Below are positions 36,572 through 47,034 of a stretch of DNA of 57,477 nucleotides, in pieces (position 1 is the stretch's first letter; the number at the start of each line of letters is the position of its first letter). This DNA is from Candidatus Nealsonbacteria bacterium (GTDB taxonomy: Bacteria; Patescibacteriota; Minisyncoccia; Minisyncoccales; PWPS01), in assembly GCA_003560095.1 (NCBI GenBank), contig PWJI01000018.1, positions 1-57,477 of the forward strand. Direction: 5' to 3'. The position numbers were made by a program, and so were the translations under genes. The notes under the pieces were generated by a model. It searched no databases. It was given only the letters and a program-made list of their open reading frames with translations, and was not told where the DNA came from.

Positions 36572-37948
36572 ATGTCAAGTAAAACAAAAAAAATGAAAAA
36601 AACAAAAAAAATTCAAAAAAACAAAAAAAAGAAAAAAGAAGAAGAATCTCTTCGTGAAATTAAAGTTAGGATAGTAGGAGTTGGTGGAGGAGGAGGCTCT
36701 ATCATCTCAGGGATTTCAACAAATTTAAAAAAGGTTTATTTTGCCGCTGTTAATACTGATAGCAGGGCGTTGGAAGAGGCAACTAAAAATAAAAAAGTAA
36801 AAGGGGTTGTTTTTGGAAAAAAAATAACCGATGGTCTTGGAACCGGCATGGATCCAAAGCTTGGGAAGCAAGCCGCACAAGAGGATATTGAAGAAGTGAA
36901 AGAACTTTTTAAAGATCAAGATATAGTTATTTTCGTTTCTTCTCTTGGAGGAGGAACAGGATCCGGGGCTATTCCGGTTTTTTCTTCGGTTGCACGGGAG
37001 ATGGGTTGTGTCGTTTATGGGATATTTACATTACCTTTTTCTTTTGAGGGCGATAAAAAAATGAAAATTGCCAAAGAAGCAATAAAAGATTCTACTGACA
37101 ATCTGCATGCAATTACTATTTTGCCAAACGAAAAAATATTTGAGATTGTTGATAAGAATACTTCTTTAAAAGATGCTCTTTTTGTAATGAATGATAATTT
37201 AGCAAGAAATATTGAAGGGCTTGCTGAAACGATATACGAGACAGGACTTATCAATATTGATTTTGCAGATGTGAAAACTGTTCTCGAAAATAGAAAAGGC
37301 ATGAGAAAGCTTACTTACTTAAGTTCCGCTCAAGGAAACTTGGAAGAAGGGGTAGAAGAAATTGTAAAAAAGGCTATCTCCAATCCATTATACCCATATA
37401 AAGTAAATAATGCGCGAGGAGTATTGTTTAATATTACGGGTGGAAAAGATATAGGGCTTACGGATATATCTTCTATTTCGGAAAGCATTGCCAAGCATAC
37501 TCAAGATGATGCCAAAATTATTGTAGGCATTATGCAAAAACAAAAATATAAAGAAAATGTAAAAGTTTCTATTCTTGCGACCGGGTGTGAAACTGATTTT
37601 TTTCAAAAAGAGCTTGAAGGGGAAATAGTTGAAGAGAAAAAAAATGCAGACAATGTTTCAAAAATAAAAAAAACAAAAAATAAAAAAAACAAAAAAGAAA
37701 AACAAGAAAATCAGTTAGTAAAAAAAGAAAACTTAAAAAAGCAGGAAAAAGAAATAGAAAAAGAAAAACCAAAAGAAGAGATAAAAAAAGAGAAAGGAGT
37801 TACCGTTGTTCCGGCAAGCAATGAAAAAAAATACAATGATTCATTCAGTGAAAGAACAAGTTCTCCCGAAAGTGAGGAAGAAAAAGAAATTTTAAAGGAA
37901 GAAGAAAAATGGGAAAGACCATCATTTTTAAGAAAATTTAAACCTTAA
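36572..37948 (+). CDS. ftsZ: Cell division protein FtsZ
   Basis: VGVGGGGG, AVNTD, GGGTGSG, INIDFADV, C-terminal WERPSFLRK. Confidence 0.93.
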   Translation: MSSKTKKMKKTKKIQKNKKKKKEEESLREIKVRIVGVGGGGGSIISGISTNLKKVYFAAVNTDSRALEEATKNKKVKGVVFGKKITDGLGTGMDPKLGKQAAQEDIEEVKELFKDQDIVIFVSSLGGGTGSGAIPVFSSVAREMGCVVYGIFTLPFSFEGDKKMKIAKEAIKDSTDNLHAITILPNEKIFEIVDKNTSLKDALFVMNDNLARNIEGLAETIYETGLINIDFADVKTVLENRKGMRKLTYLSSAQGNLEEGVEEIVKKAISNPLYPYKVNNARGVLFNITGGKDIGLTDISSISESIAKHTQDDAKIIVGIMQKQKYKENVKVSILATGCETDFFQKELEGEIVEEKKNADNVSKIKKTKNKKNKKEKQENQLVKKENLKKQEKEIEKEKPKEEIKKEKGVTVVPASNEKKYNDSFSERTSSPESEEEKEILKEEEKWERPSFLRKFKP

Positions 37949-37956
37949 GTACCTAA

Positions 37957-38742
37957 ATGAGTGTTAATATTAAAAAAGTAGTTATACCTATTTCCAATGA
38001 CGATGAGATGTTTTTCCCCTTGGCTCGTTTTTTCCCAAAAGAATTGCTTCCGATGGGAGATGTCCCCTTGATTGAAAAAATTATTGAAGAAGCCATGCAA
38101 GCGGGAATTGAAGAGATTTTATTTATTTTTTCTTCATCAAAAAAGGATGTTTTTAATTATTTTCAAAATACTGAAAAAGCTCCACAAGAAGAAGAGGAGT
38201 TTAAAAAAAGATTCGAAAACATAAGCTTCTCCTTTACTACTCAGAAAAAAAATATAAAAAACGCATCTGCTGTTTTTAGAGCAAGAGATGAAATTGGAGA
38301 AGATTCTTTTGCACTCTCTTTTCCTGAAATAATATTTCGCGGAAAGAAAAGTTGCATTGAGCAATTATTTGCTGTTTACAGAACATCTCAAAAACAGGTT
38401 GCAGCAGTAAGAGAGGTTTCCGATGAGGAGGTTCCTTTTTCGTATATTGTTGAAGCGGAAAAAATTGCCAACAGATTTTACAAAATAAAAAAAATAATTA
38501 AAAATCCTGACTTACATGAAACTCAGTCAAGACTTGCCTTGTGTGGCAGATATATATTTACCTCTGCATTATTTGATTATCTTAAAAATGCAAAATCAGA
38601 TGCTTTAATCGCTGATTCTTTAAATGAAATGATTGCGGCCGGTAAAACAATTTATGCACATGAAAGTGAAGGAGAGTGGTTTGTTTTAAGGGATAAGAGT
38701 TCGCTATTAAATGCACAAAGATTTTTTTTGGAAAATTATTAA
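37957..38742 (+). CDS. GalU-like sugar-phosphate nucleotidyltransferase homolog with degenerate active-site loop
   Basis: IKKVVIP...PKELLP...IEEAMQAGIEEI...GRYIF, but GxGTR is replaced by SNDDEM. Confidence 0.8.
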   Translation: MSVNIKKVVIPISNDDEMFFPLARFFPKELLPMGDVPLIEKIIEEAMQAGIEEILFIFSSSKKDVFNYFQNTEKAPQEEEEFKKRFENISFSFTTQKKNIKNASAVFRARDEIGEDSFALSFPEIIFRGKKSCIEQLFAVYRTSQKQVAAVREVSDEEVPFSYIVEAEKIANRFYKIKKIIKNPDLHETQSRLALCGRYIFTSALFDYLKNAKSDALIADSLNEMIAAGKTIYAHESEGEWFVLRDKSSLLNAQRFFLENY

Positions 38743-38748
38743 ATAAAA

Positions 38749-39525
38749 ATGAAAGATTTTAAAGATTTATTTAATCTCGAGGGAAAAGTAGCAATAGTTA
38801 CCGGAGCCAGAAGGGGTATGGGAAGAGCTCACTCTATTGCTCTTTCTGACATGGGGGCAAGAGTGGTGCTTTGTGACATTGAAAAAGAAGAGTGTAACAA
38901 CGTGGTCGAAGAAATCAGGGAGAGGGGTGGAGAAGCTTTTTCGGTTGAGTGTGATATATCTAAAAAAGAAGAAGTAGAAAGTATGATAGAGAAGACAAAA
39001 GAGGCTTACGATGGCTTGGATATTTTGGTAAATAATGCAGGTATTATTGATTTCAAAAATTTTTTTGAACTTGCAAAAGAAGACTGGGATAGAGTAATTG
39101 ATGTTAATCTTAAGGGTTGCTTTCTTTGTACTCAAGCAGCTGCGCAAGAGATGAAAGAAAATGGTGGTGGATCTATTATTAATATTGGATCTGTTGCTAT
39201 GGGACAATCAGGAGTTGGTTTTCCAAACACCCTTCCTTATGTTGCCTCAAAGGGGGGAATTGCCGGAATGACGGAGGCATTGGCTGTTGATTTGGCGCAA
39301 TATAATATTCGAGTTAATTTAATTGCTCCGGGAATGATTGAAACGCTAATGACTGATCCGGAAGAAAATGCAGAAGTTGTAAATCGTATGATTTCTAAGC
39401 TTCCCATGGAGAGAGCAGGAAAACCTGAAGAAGTTTCCGGTGCTGTTGTTTTTTTTGCAAGTGATGCTTCTTCTTATATCACCGGAGCAATGCTAAATGT
39501 TGACGGGGGTTGGCTTGCCGCATAA
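38749..39525 (+). CDS. SDR family oxidoreductase
   Basis: TGARRGMG, NNAG, YVASK, VDGG. Confidence 0.93.
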   Translation: MKDFKDLFNLEGKVAIVTGARRGMGRAHSIALSDMGARVVLCDIEKEECNNVVEEIRERGGEAFSVECDISKKEEVESMIEKTKEAYDGLDILVNNAGIIDFKNFFELAKEDWDRVIDVNLKGCFLCTQAAAQEMKENGGGSIINIGSVAMGQSGVGFPNTLPYVASKGGIAGMTEALAVDLAQYNIRVNLIAPGMIETLMTDPEENAEVVNRMISKLPMERAGKPEEVSGAVVFFASDASSYITGAMLNVDGGWLAA

Positions 39526-39541
39526 TTTATTGATTTGTATT

Positions 39542-40750
39542 ATGATTAAAGATATAAAAGCAAGAGAGATACTTGACTCAAGAGGAAATCCAACAGTTGA
39601 AGTTTCTCTTTATTTAGAAGAGGGAGTTTTTGTTTCTTCTGTTCCTTCGGGTGCTTCAACCGGAATGCACGAGGCTAAAGAGCTTCGTGATGGAGGAGAA
39701 AGATATGGCGGAAAAGGGGTCTTAAAAGCAGTTGGAAACATCGAAAAGAAAATAAAACCCTTACTTGTAGGTCAAAAAATTGATCCCTTAGAGATTGATA
39801 AAATTTTAATAAATGCTGATGGGACTGAAAATAAATCCAATTTAGGTGCAAATGCAATACTGGGAGTTTCAATGTGCGCTTTTAGAGCAGGAGCTTTTAT
39901 AGAGAAAAAAACTCTTTACGATTATTTGTCATCCAAGTATTCTTTTAAAAAAGAAATGCCGGTTCCTTGTTTTAATGTTATAAACGGAGGATCTCATAGT
40001 GGCGGAGGAGTGTCTTTTCAGGAGTTTATGATAGTTCCTGAGAGCAATCTTTTTTCTGATAATTTACGTTTTGCAGTAGAGTTTTCCAAGAAACTGAAAA
40101 GAATTATTTTGGACGAATACGGCCCAGAATCAATAAATATTGGTGATGAGGGAGGGTTTGTTCCATATATAAAAAAAGAAGAAGATGTTTTAAGGCTCTT
40201 AAATAAAGTAAATAGTAATACTAATGTTCTCATTGATGTTGCTGCAACAGAATTTTTTGAAAATGGAGAGTATTTATTAAAAGAAGGAAAAAAGACAAAA
40301 GAAGAGATGATAAATTTTTACAAAAAACTTAGTGAAGATTTTCCTATCTTGGGATTTGAAGATCCACTTGAGGAAAACGATTTTTTGGGGTGGAGTGAAT
40401 TAAAGAAATCTCTTGAAGGGTTGATTATTGTTGGTGATGATCTCTTAGTTACAAACACAAAACGCATAAAAGAGGCTAAGGATAATGATTCTTGCAATGC
40501 AATGATTTTAAAAATAAACCAGATAGGTAGCATTTCTGAAGCTATTGAGGCGGCAAAAATGGCTAAGGAAATGGGTTGGAAAATAATAGTTTCACATAGA
40601 TCCGGTGAAACAAATGATGATTTCATAGCTGATTTTGCTGTTGGGATTGGAGCGGATTTTATAAAGTCCGGAGCTCCTCAAAGAGGCGAAAGAGTTGCAA
40701 AATATAATAAAATTCTTAAGATAGAAAGGGAGATATTAAAAATTAATTAA
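39542..40750 (+). CDS. eno: Enolase
   Basis: AREILDSRGNPTVEV, VPSGASTG, GDEGGF, SHRSGET. Confidence 0.97.
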   Translation: MIKDIKAREILDSRGNPTVEVSLYLEEGVFVSSVPSGASTGMHEAKELRDGGERYGGKGVLKAVGNIEKKIKPLLVGQKIDPLEIDKILINADGTENKSNLGANAILGVSMCAFRAGAFIEKKTLYDYLSSKYSFKKEMPVPCFNVINGGSHSGGGVSFQEFMIVPESNLFSDNLRFAVEFSKKLKRIILDEYGPESINIGDEGGFVPYIKKEEDVLRLLNKVNSNTNVLIDVAATEFFENGEYLLKEGKKTKEEMINFYKKLSEDFPILGFEDPLEENDFLGWSELKKSLEGLIIVGDDLLVTNTKRIKEAKDNDSCNAMILKINQIGSISEAIEAAKMAKEMGWKIIVSHRSGETNDDFIADFAVGIGADFIKSGAPQRGERVAKYNKILKIEREILKIN

Positions 40751-40761
40751 AAATAATTATT

Positions 40762-41220
40762 ATGCCAAACAAAAATCTTTTAATTATATTTGGGGTTGCG
40801 TTACTTATACTTGCTGGAGCAATAGTGTATAGGTCAAGTACCGAGGAAGGGGAAGAATTTACTCCTCTAGCAGAAGAGCAAAATGGTCAAGTTGAGGAAA
40901 TAGATTCTTCTTTGGAAACAGAAGAAGATGATGACGGTGGAGTAGTGGCAAGTTATCAAAAAATTGAAAATGTTTTTCTTGATCTTTTAGAGAAAATACT
41001 TTCTATGGAAGAAGATGTAATTGAGAAAACACAAGATGATGTTCTTGATTTAGAAAAAAGGATTGATAGTGTTGGAAAGGAGATTGAGAAAGAAGAAATT
41101 GATTCTGAAAAAATAAACAATGAACTTAATTTAATAGAAGAAAGGATAGAAGAAATTACTAAAAAAATACTTGAATTAAAAGAAGAACAAGAAAAGGAAA
41201 ACGATTCTCAAGAAAATTAA
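40762..41220 (+). CDS. Membrane-anchored acidic coiled-coil hypothetical protein
   Basis: N-terminal TM, Glu-rich helices. Confidence 0.65.
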   Translation: MPNKNLLIIFGVALLILAGAIVYRSSTEEGEEFTPLAEEQNGQVEEIDSSLETEEDDDGGVVASYQKIENVFLDLLEKILSMEEDVIEKTQDDVLDLEKRIDSVGKEIEKEEIDSEKINNELNLIEERIEEITKKILELKEEQEKENDSQEN

Positions 41221-41230
41221 TTTTAAGTTG

Positions 41231-42754
41231 ATGTCTCAGAGAAAAAAAGAAAAAATAGTTTTTATCATAAAAGACGGATGGGGATACAGGAAAGAAAAAA
41301 AACTTAATGCAATTTATAGGGCAAAAACTCCAAATACGGATTATTTTGAAAAAAAATATCCTACAGCCATTATCAAGGCATCAGGGGAGGATGTAGGGCT
41401 TTTAAGGGGATATCAGGGTAATTCTGAAGTAGGGCACTTAACAATTGGGTCGGGTAGAATCATTAAACAGAGCTTAATTAAAATTAACAAGTCAATAGAA
41501 AATAAAACATTTTTCAAAAAGAAGCCCTTACTTAAGGCAATTAAAAATTGCAAAGATAATAAAACAAAGCTTCACATTATAGGCCTCTTGCAAGAAGAGG
41601 GAGTTCATGCGCATATAGATCACCTATATGCGCTTTTGGATTTTTGCAAAAAAGAAAATTTCAAAGACGTCTATTTGCACGTGATAACCGATGGAAGAGA
41701 TTCTCCGGTTAATAAGGGAGAGTTTTATTTGAAGAAACTTCAAAAAAAGATTAAAGAAATTGGTTTTGGAGAAATTGTTACTATTTCTGGCAGGTATTAT
41801 GCAATGGATAGAGACAAAAGGTGGGAAAGAACGAAAAAAGCTTATAATGCAATTTTTAAAGGTCAATCCGGGGAAAAGTTTGAAAATGTTCTTGATAAAA
41901 TAAAGGATTGCTATAAGAGGAAAGAGACGGACGAATTTATAAAACCTACTGTAAAAAAAGGCTACAAGGGAATTTTAAGAAAGGATTCTGCTATTTTTTT
42001 TAATTTTAGAATTGATAGACCCAGACAACTAACAAAAGCTTTAACTGAAAATAATTTTAAGGAGTGGAAAAAAGATTTTGTAGACATTTTTTTTGTTGCT
42101 ATGACCAATTATTATTCTTCAATGAAGGGAGAGTATCTTTTTAAGGAAGAAAAATTAAAAAATCTCTTAGGAGATATTTTTTCCGACAATAGTCTTTCTC
42201 AGCTTAGAGTAAGTGAAACGGAAAAATATGCTCATGTAACTTTCTTTTTTAATGGACAAAAAGAGACTCCAGGAAAGAAAGAAGATAGGGTGATGATTCC
42301 ATCAATGAAAGTTTCTACTTACGATTTAGCTCCCAAAATGAAAGCAGAAAAAATAAGCAAAACGGTTATTCAAAAAATAAAAGAAGAAAAATATGATTTT
42401 ATACTTGTAAACCTTGTTAATGCCGATATGGTTGGACATAGCGGAAATGAAAAAGCAATAATTAAGGCCGTAGAAGAAGTTGATAAAAGAACCGGTGAAA
42501 TTGTAAAAGAAGCCATTTTAAGAAAATATTCTGTTTTTGTTTTTGCTGATCATGGAAATGCAGAGGATCAAAGAATAAAATGGAAAACCAGCCATACGGT
42601 GAATCCTGTAAAATTGACAATTATCTCTGAAAAAATAAAAAAAATAAAAAAAAGAGGAGCGCTTAAAGATATTGCTCCTACTACGCTTGCTATTATGAAA
42701 ATAAAAAAACCAAAGGAAATGACGGGAGAAAGTTTAATTGAAAAACTACAATAA
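41231..42754 (+). CDS. gpmI: 2,3-bisphosphoglycerate-independent phosphoglycerate mutase
   Basis: DGWG, GNSEVGH, DGRD, GRYYAMDRD, ETEKYAHVTFF, DMVGH, ADHGNAE. Confidence 0.97.
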   Translation: MSQRKKEKIVFIIKDGWGYRKEKKLNAIYRAKTPNTDYFEKKYPTAIIKASGEDVGLLRGYQGNSEVGHLTIGSGRIIKQSLIKINKSIENKTFFKKKPLLKAIKNCKDNKTKLHIIGLLQEEGVHAHIDHLYALLDFCKKENFKDVYLHVITDGRDSPVNKGEFYLKKLQKKIKEIGFGEIVTISGRYYAMDRDKRWERTKKAYNAIFKGQSGEKFENVLDKIKDCYKRKETDEFIKPTVKKGYKGILRKDSAIFFNFRIDRPRQLTKALTENNFKEWKKDFVDIFFVAMTNYYSSMKGEYLFKEEKLKNLLGDIFSDNSLSQLRVSETEKYAHVTFFFNGQKETPGKKEDRVMIPSMKVSTYDLAPKMKAEKISKTVIQKIKEEKYDFILVNLVNADMVGHSGNEKAIIKAVEEVDKRTGEIVKEAILRKYSVFVFADHGNAEDQRIKWKTSHTVNPVKLTIISEKIKKIKKRGALKDIAPTTLAIMKIKKPKEMTGESLIEKLQ

Positions 42755-42824
42755 CAATTTCTTGCGAAAAAAATATTTTGTAATAAAATGAGTTAAGTTG
42801 ATTATTAATCTATAAAATAAAAAT

Positions 42825-43064
42825 ATGTCCAAAGTAAAAATATATTCTACGCCAACTTGTACTTATTGCATTATTTTAAAAAAATATCTTCAAGAAAAGG
42901 GAATTGATTATCAGGAAGTAGATGTAAGTCAAGATGAAGAGGCTCAAAAAAGAATGGTTGAAAAAACGGGACAAATGGGTGTTCCTGTAACTGAAATTGG
43001 AGAAGAAATGGTTATTGGATTTGATAAGGAAAAGATAAACAAGTTGCTTGAGATTGAAGAATAA
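42825..43064 (+). CDS. Glutaredoxin/NrdH-like redoxin
   Basis: YSTPTCTYC, GQMGVPV, IGFD. Confidence 0.9.
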   Translation: MSKVKIYSTPTCTYCIILKKYLQEKGIDYQEVDVSQDEEAQKRMVEKTGQMGVPVTEIGEEMVIGFDKEKINKLLEIEE

Positions 43065-43085
43065 AATTTAAGATGATTTAAAAAT

Positions 43086-44114
43086 ATGTCTACAAAAATT
43101 GCAATAAATGGATTTGGAAGAATAGGGAGATGTGTATTGAAAAATATTATTTCAAAATATGCATCAGAGGTTGAAGTGGTGGCTATCAATGATCTTCTTG
43201 AGGGAGACAAAATTGCTCATCTTTTAAAATATGACTCCGTATATGGAAGACTGGAAGAAGAGGTAAACTTTAAAGATGGAGAATTGCTTTTGGGGCGAGA
43301 GAAGAAGATAAAACTTTTTCAAGAAAAAGACCCTTCTCTTCTTCCTTGGAAAGATATGGAGGTTGATATTGTTTTAGAATGCACGGGTCTTTTTACCGAT
43401 TATGCTAAGGCAAAAAAGCACATTGAAGCTGGAGCGAAAAAAGTTATTATTTCTGCACCATCAAAGAGCCCCGAGGAAATACCTTCTTTTGTGTTGGGAG
43501 TAAATGAAAAAAAATATGACACAAACAAGCATCAAATTATTGACATGGGTTCTTGTACAACAAATTGCTTAGCTCCTGTTGTAAAAATAATAAACGATAG
43601 TTATGAAATTGATTTAGCAACAATGACGACTATTCATAGCTATACGTTAAGTCAAAATATCTTAGATGGTCCGCATAAAGATATGAGAAGATCTCGAGCG
43701 GGAGCAATTAACTTAATTCCAACAACCACAGGAGCAGCAAAGGCAATATCAAAAGTAATTCCGGAAATAGAAGGAAAGATTTCCGGAATGGCAATACGAG
43801 TTCCAACACCAACAGTATCTATTGTTGATCTTGCTTGTTTTGTAAAAAATAAAACAAACAAAGAAGATTTGGTTAATCAATTAAAAGAGAAATCACAAAA
43901 AGAGATGAAAGGCATTTTAGGCGTTGAACAGCAGCCTTTGGTTTCAACCGATTATGTGGGAAATTCTTTTTCATGTGTGGTTGATGAAGAGATGACCGAA
44001 GTTAGGGGAAATTTGATAAAAATATTAGCTTGGTATGATAATGAGTGGGGTTACTCTTCAAGGTTAGCCGATTTTGCGATATATATTAAAAAACAAAATG
44101 ATACTGGATTTTAA
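43086..44114 (+). CDS. gap: Type I glyceraldehyde-3-phosphate dehydrogenase
   Basis: INGFGRIGR, SCTTNCLAP, PTTTGAAKA, WYDNEWGYS. Confidence 0.97.
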   Translation: MSTKIAINGFGRIGRCVLKNIISKYASEVEVVAINDLLEGDKIAHLLKYDSVYGRLEEEVNFKDGELLLGREKKIKLFQEKDPSLLPWKDMEVDIVLECTGLFTDYAKAKKHIEAGAKKVIISAPSKSPEEIPSFVLGVNEKKYDTNKHQIIDMGSCTTNCLAPVVKIINDSYEIDLATMTTIHSYTLSQNILDGPHKDMRRSRAGAINLIPTTTGAAKAISKVIPEIEGKISGMAIRVPTPTVSIVDLACFVKNKTNKEDLVNQLKEKSQKEMKGILGVEQQPLVSTDYVGNSFSCVVDEEMTEVRGNLIKILAWYDNEWGYSSRLADFAIYIKKQNDTGF

Positions 44115-44715
44115 AAAACAGGAAAATTTACTCTCTAGATATAAGATAAAAAGACCTCTTACTTTTTTTGCAACCAAAAAAGAAGAAGTGGCTTGCATGG
44201 CCAATAAGATTGGCTATCCTTTAGTTTTGAAGGTTTTTTCAAATGAAATTTTTCATCGTACAGAAAAAAAAGGTGTTTATTTAAATATTGGTAGCGAGAA
44301 AGAAGCAAGAGAAACTGCTAATAAACTATTTAAGATACCCAAAAGTCAAGGAGTTATAATTCAAAAACAAATTGAAGGAATTGAACTTGTTGTTGGTGCT
44401 AAAAAAGACCCTTCTTTTGGCGCTGCAATAATGTTTGGCACGGGAGGGGTAATGGTAGAGGTGATAAGTGATGTTGTTTTTAAAATTGCACCAATTGGCA
44501 AAAAAGATGCGAAAGAAATGATAAATGAAACAAAGGGAAAAATTTTTCTGAAAGGATTTCGGGGAATGCAAAAAGTAAAAGAGGAGCTTGTTATCGATCT
44601 TTTAGTTAAAACATCTAATCTTGCCTATAAAGAAAAAGTGCAAGAAATTGACTTTAATCCTGTTATCGCAAATAAGGATGGGGTTTTTGTTTGTGATGCA
44701 AAGATTAAAATATGA
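44098..44715 (+). CDS. Acetate--CoA ligase (ADP-forming) beta subunit, ATP-grasp
   Basis: IGYPLVLK, HRTEKKGV, DPSFG..IMFGTGG..VE, EIDFNPV. Confidence 0.88.
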   Translation: MILDFKKQENLLSRYKIKRPLTFFATKKEEVACMANKIGYPLVLKVFSNEIFHRTEKKGVYLNIGSEKEARETANKLFKIPKSQGVIIQKQIEGIELVVGAKKDPSFGAAIMFGTGGVMVEVISDVVFKIAPIGKKDAKEMINETKGKIFLKGFRGMQKVKEELVIDLLVKTSNLAYKEKVQEIDFNPVIANKDGVFVCDAKIKI

Positions 44716-46052
44716 TGGAAAAAATATTTAAACCAAAAAGTATTGCTCTTATTGGAGCTAATAAGCGAAAAGGTTCTGTTGGAAGAGGGATTGCTGAAAA
44801 TTTGCAAAAGGGGAGTGCCCGTTTATTTTATGTTAATCCAAATGCCGGAGAAATTTTCAAAAATAAAGCTTATAAAAAAATTACGGACATAGATGAGAAT
44901 ATTGATTTGGCGGTTATTGCAATCCCTCAAAAATTTGTTCTTCAGGCAGTAAAAGAGTGTGTGCAAAAAAAAGTTAAAGGAATAATTATAATATCCAGTG
45001 GGTTTTCGGAAACCGGAAAAGAAGGAGAAAAAATACAAAACGAAATTGTTGAAATAACAAAAAAAGCCAATATCAGCCTTGTGGGGCCAAATACTTTGGG
45101 AATAATTAGACCAACAGTTAATTTTAATGCCTCATTTGCTCCGGGAAATCCTCCAAAAGGAGGGGTGGCTTTTATTGCTCAGTCAGGAGGACTTATCGAT
45201 GCGATTATTGATGGAGCACTGGAAGAAAATTTTGGTTTTTCTATTATTGTTTCAGTTGGTAATGCTGCAGGTATATCACTTTCCGATTATGTTGATTTTG
45301 CAGAAAAAGATAAATTCACTAAGGTTATTGCACTTTACATAGAGGGCGTGGAAAACGGAAGAGATCTTTTTAATGTAATTAAGAAAACTAAAAAACCCGT
45401 TGTCGTTATAAAAGGAGGAAAGGCAAGGAAGGCAAAGGAGGTTATTAGTTCTCATACGGGATCTCTTGCAGGAGAATACGATATTTTTTCTGCAGCAATG
45501 AGACAAGCAGGTGCTATCGAAACAGACTCCTTGGAAGAGCTTTTTGATGTTGTAAAAGCTTTAGTAAGTTTTGGTAAATGTAAAAAGGGAGTTGGTGTAG
45601 TTACCAATGGTGGTGGGGCAGGTGTATTAATTACGGATTATATTTATAAAAGCGAAGAACTTTTTCTTCCCGAGATAAGCAAAAAAACAATAAGAAAAAT
45701 AGAAAAGGAGACCAAGAAAGCAAGAATAGTATTTAAAAACCCTCTAGATATATTAGGAGATGCTTTGCCGGAAAGATATGAAATTGCTTGCAGAAATTTA
45801 CTTTTCCAAGAGAATGTATCTTCGTTGGTGGTAATTCAAACTCCTCAAATTATGACAAGCCCCTTGGAAAATGCAAAAAAAATTGCTAAATTAAAAAAAG
45901 AGTTTAAGAAGCCGATAATTACTGTTTTTATGGGAAGAGGGGATTTAACAAAAAAAGCTATTTCATATTTAGAAAAAAGAGGTGTCCCAAATTACTCTGA
46001 TCCAAAGAGAGTTGTTAAGCCACTTTTATCTTTATTAAAAGTAAAAAAATAA
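44712..46052 (+). CDS. Acetate--CoA ligase (ADP-forming) alpha subunit
   Basis: PKSIALIGA, VGPNTLG, AQSGG, SHTGSLAG (phospho-His), TNGGGAGV, NPLDILGDA. Confidence 0.9.
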   Translation: MMEKIFKPKSIALIGANKRKGSVGRGIAENLQKGSARLFYVNPNAGEIFKNKAYKKITDIDENIDLAVIAIPQKFVLQAVKECVQKKVKGIIIISSGFSETGKEGEKIQNEIVEITKKANISLVGPNTLGIIRPTVNFNASFAPGNPPKGGVAFIAQSGGLIDAIIDGALEENFGFSIIVSVGNAAGISLSDYVDFAEKDKFTKVIALYIEGVENGRDLFNVIKKTKKPVVVIKGGKARKAKEVISSHTGSLAGEYDIFSAAMRQAGAIETDSLEELFDVVKALVSFGKCKKGVGVVTNGGGAGVLITDYIYKSEELFLPEISKKTIRKIEKETKKARIVFKNPLDILGDALPERYEIACRNLLFQENVSSLVVIQTPQIMTSPLENAKKIAKLKKEFKKPIITVFMGRGDLTKKAISYLEKRGVPNYSDPKRVVKPLLSLLKVKK

Positions 46053-46063
46053 ATAATACAAAA

Positions 46064-46990
46064 ATGAATGAAAAAATTGTTGTTGGTCATACAAATCCGG
46101 ATACTGACTCTGCTGTTTCCGCTTTAATTTTCTCTCTTTATTTAACAGCGAAAGAAGATAATTTTTCTTCTTGTATTGCCGGAAAACTAAACAAAGAAAC
46201 AGAATTTGTTTTCTCTTATTTTAAAAAGGAACTACCTTTTGAAATTACGAAAGAAGAGGCAAAAGAAAAACAAGTTTTTTTGGTTGATCATAATGATATT
46301 AGTCAAAGTGTTGCTTGTAAAGAAAACATTTGTGGTGTTTTAGATCATCATCTTCTTTCGGGAATAAAGACAAATCAAGCAATTTTTTTTAGAGTCGAGC
46401 CACTTGGAAGCACCTCAACATTAATATACAAGATGATTAAAGAAAGAAAAATTAAAATAAAAAAAGAAGATGCCGGTCTTTTGCTTGCAGGAATAATATC
46501 AGATACTTTAAATCTTAATTCTCCAACAACAACAAGTGAAGATATAGATTTTTATTATGAGCTATCAAAGATAGCTGAAGTTGATGCTGACAGTTTTTCT
46601 CAAAAAATGTTTGAAGCAAAGTCGGACTTTTCAGGGAAAAGTGTAGAAGATATTATTAGGGGAGATATGAAAGAGTATTCTTTCGGAGGGAAAAGGGTAG
46701 CGGTAGGAGTTGCCGAGACAACTTCTTTCTCTTATTTTAAAGAGAATAAAAATGAAATCATTGATACGGTAAAGAAAATAAAAAAAGAAGAAAATTTTGA
46801 TATTTTTTTCTTTTGTGCCGTTGATATTATAAATAAAAATACTTGGCTTTTTCCATCTGGTGAAAAAGAAAAAGAGTTGGCCTTAGATTTATTTAAAGCA
46901 ATAGAGAAAGAAGATTATTTTCTTCTTGAGGGAGTTTCTTCCAGAAAAAAAGAGATTGTTCCTCCCTTATCAGAGCATTATGAAAAATAA
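46064..46990 (+). CDS. ppaC: Manganese-dependent inorganic pyrophosphatase (family II)
   Basis: GHTNPDTDS, LVDHN, DHH, IISDTL, SRKK. Confidence 0.95.
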   Translation: MNEKIVVGHTNPDTDSAVSALIFSLYLTAKEDNFSSCIAGKLNKETEFVFSYFKKELPFEITKEEAKEKQVFLVDHNDISQSVACKENICGVLDHHLLSGIKTNQAIFFRVEPLGSTSTLIYKMIKERKIKIKKEDAGLLLAGIISDTLNLNSPTTTSEDIDFYYELSKIAEVDADSFSQKMFEAKSDFSGKSVEDIIRGDMKEYSFGGKRVAVGVAETTSFSYFKENKNEIIDTVKKIKKEENFDIFFFCAVDIINKNTWLFPSGEKEKELALDLFKAIEKEDYFLLEGVSSRKKEIVPPLSEHYEK

Positions 46991-47034
46991 TACTTTTTAT
47001 TAATTAATTTATTAAGAATAAATAAACAAAAATT

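Noticed and set aside
17226..38804. Identical 20-mer aaagtagcaatagttaccgg at 17226 and 38785
   Set aside because: It encodes the conserved KVAIVTG motif of two SDR paralogs; not a mobile repeat
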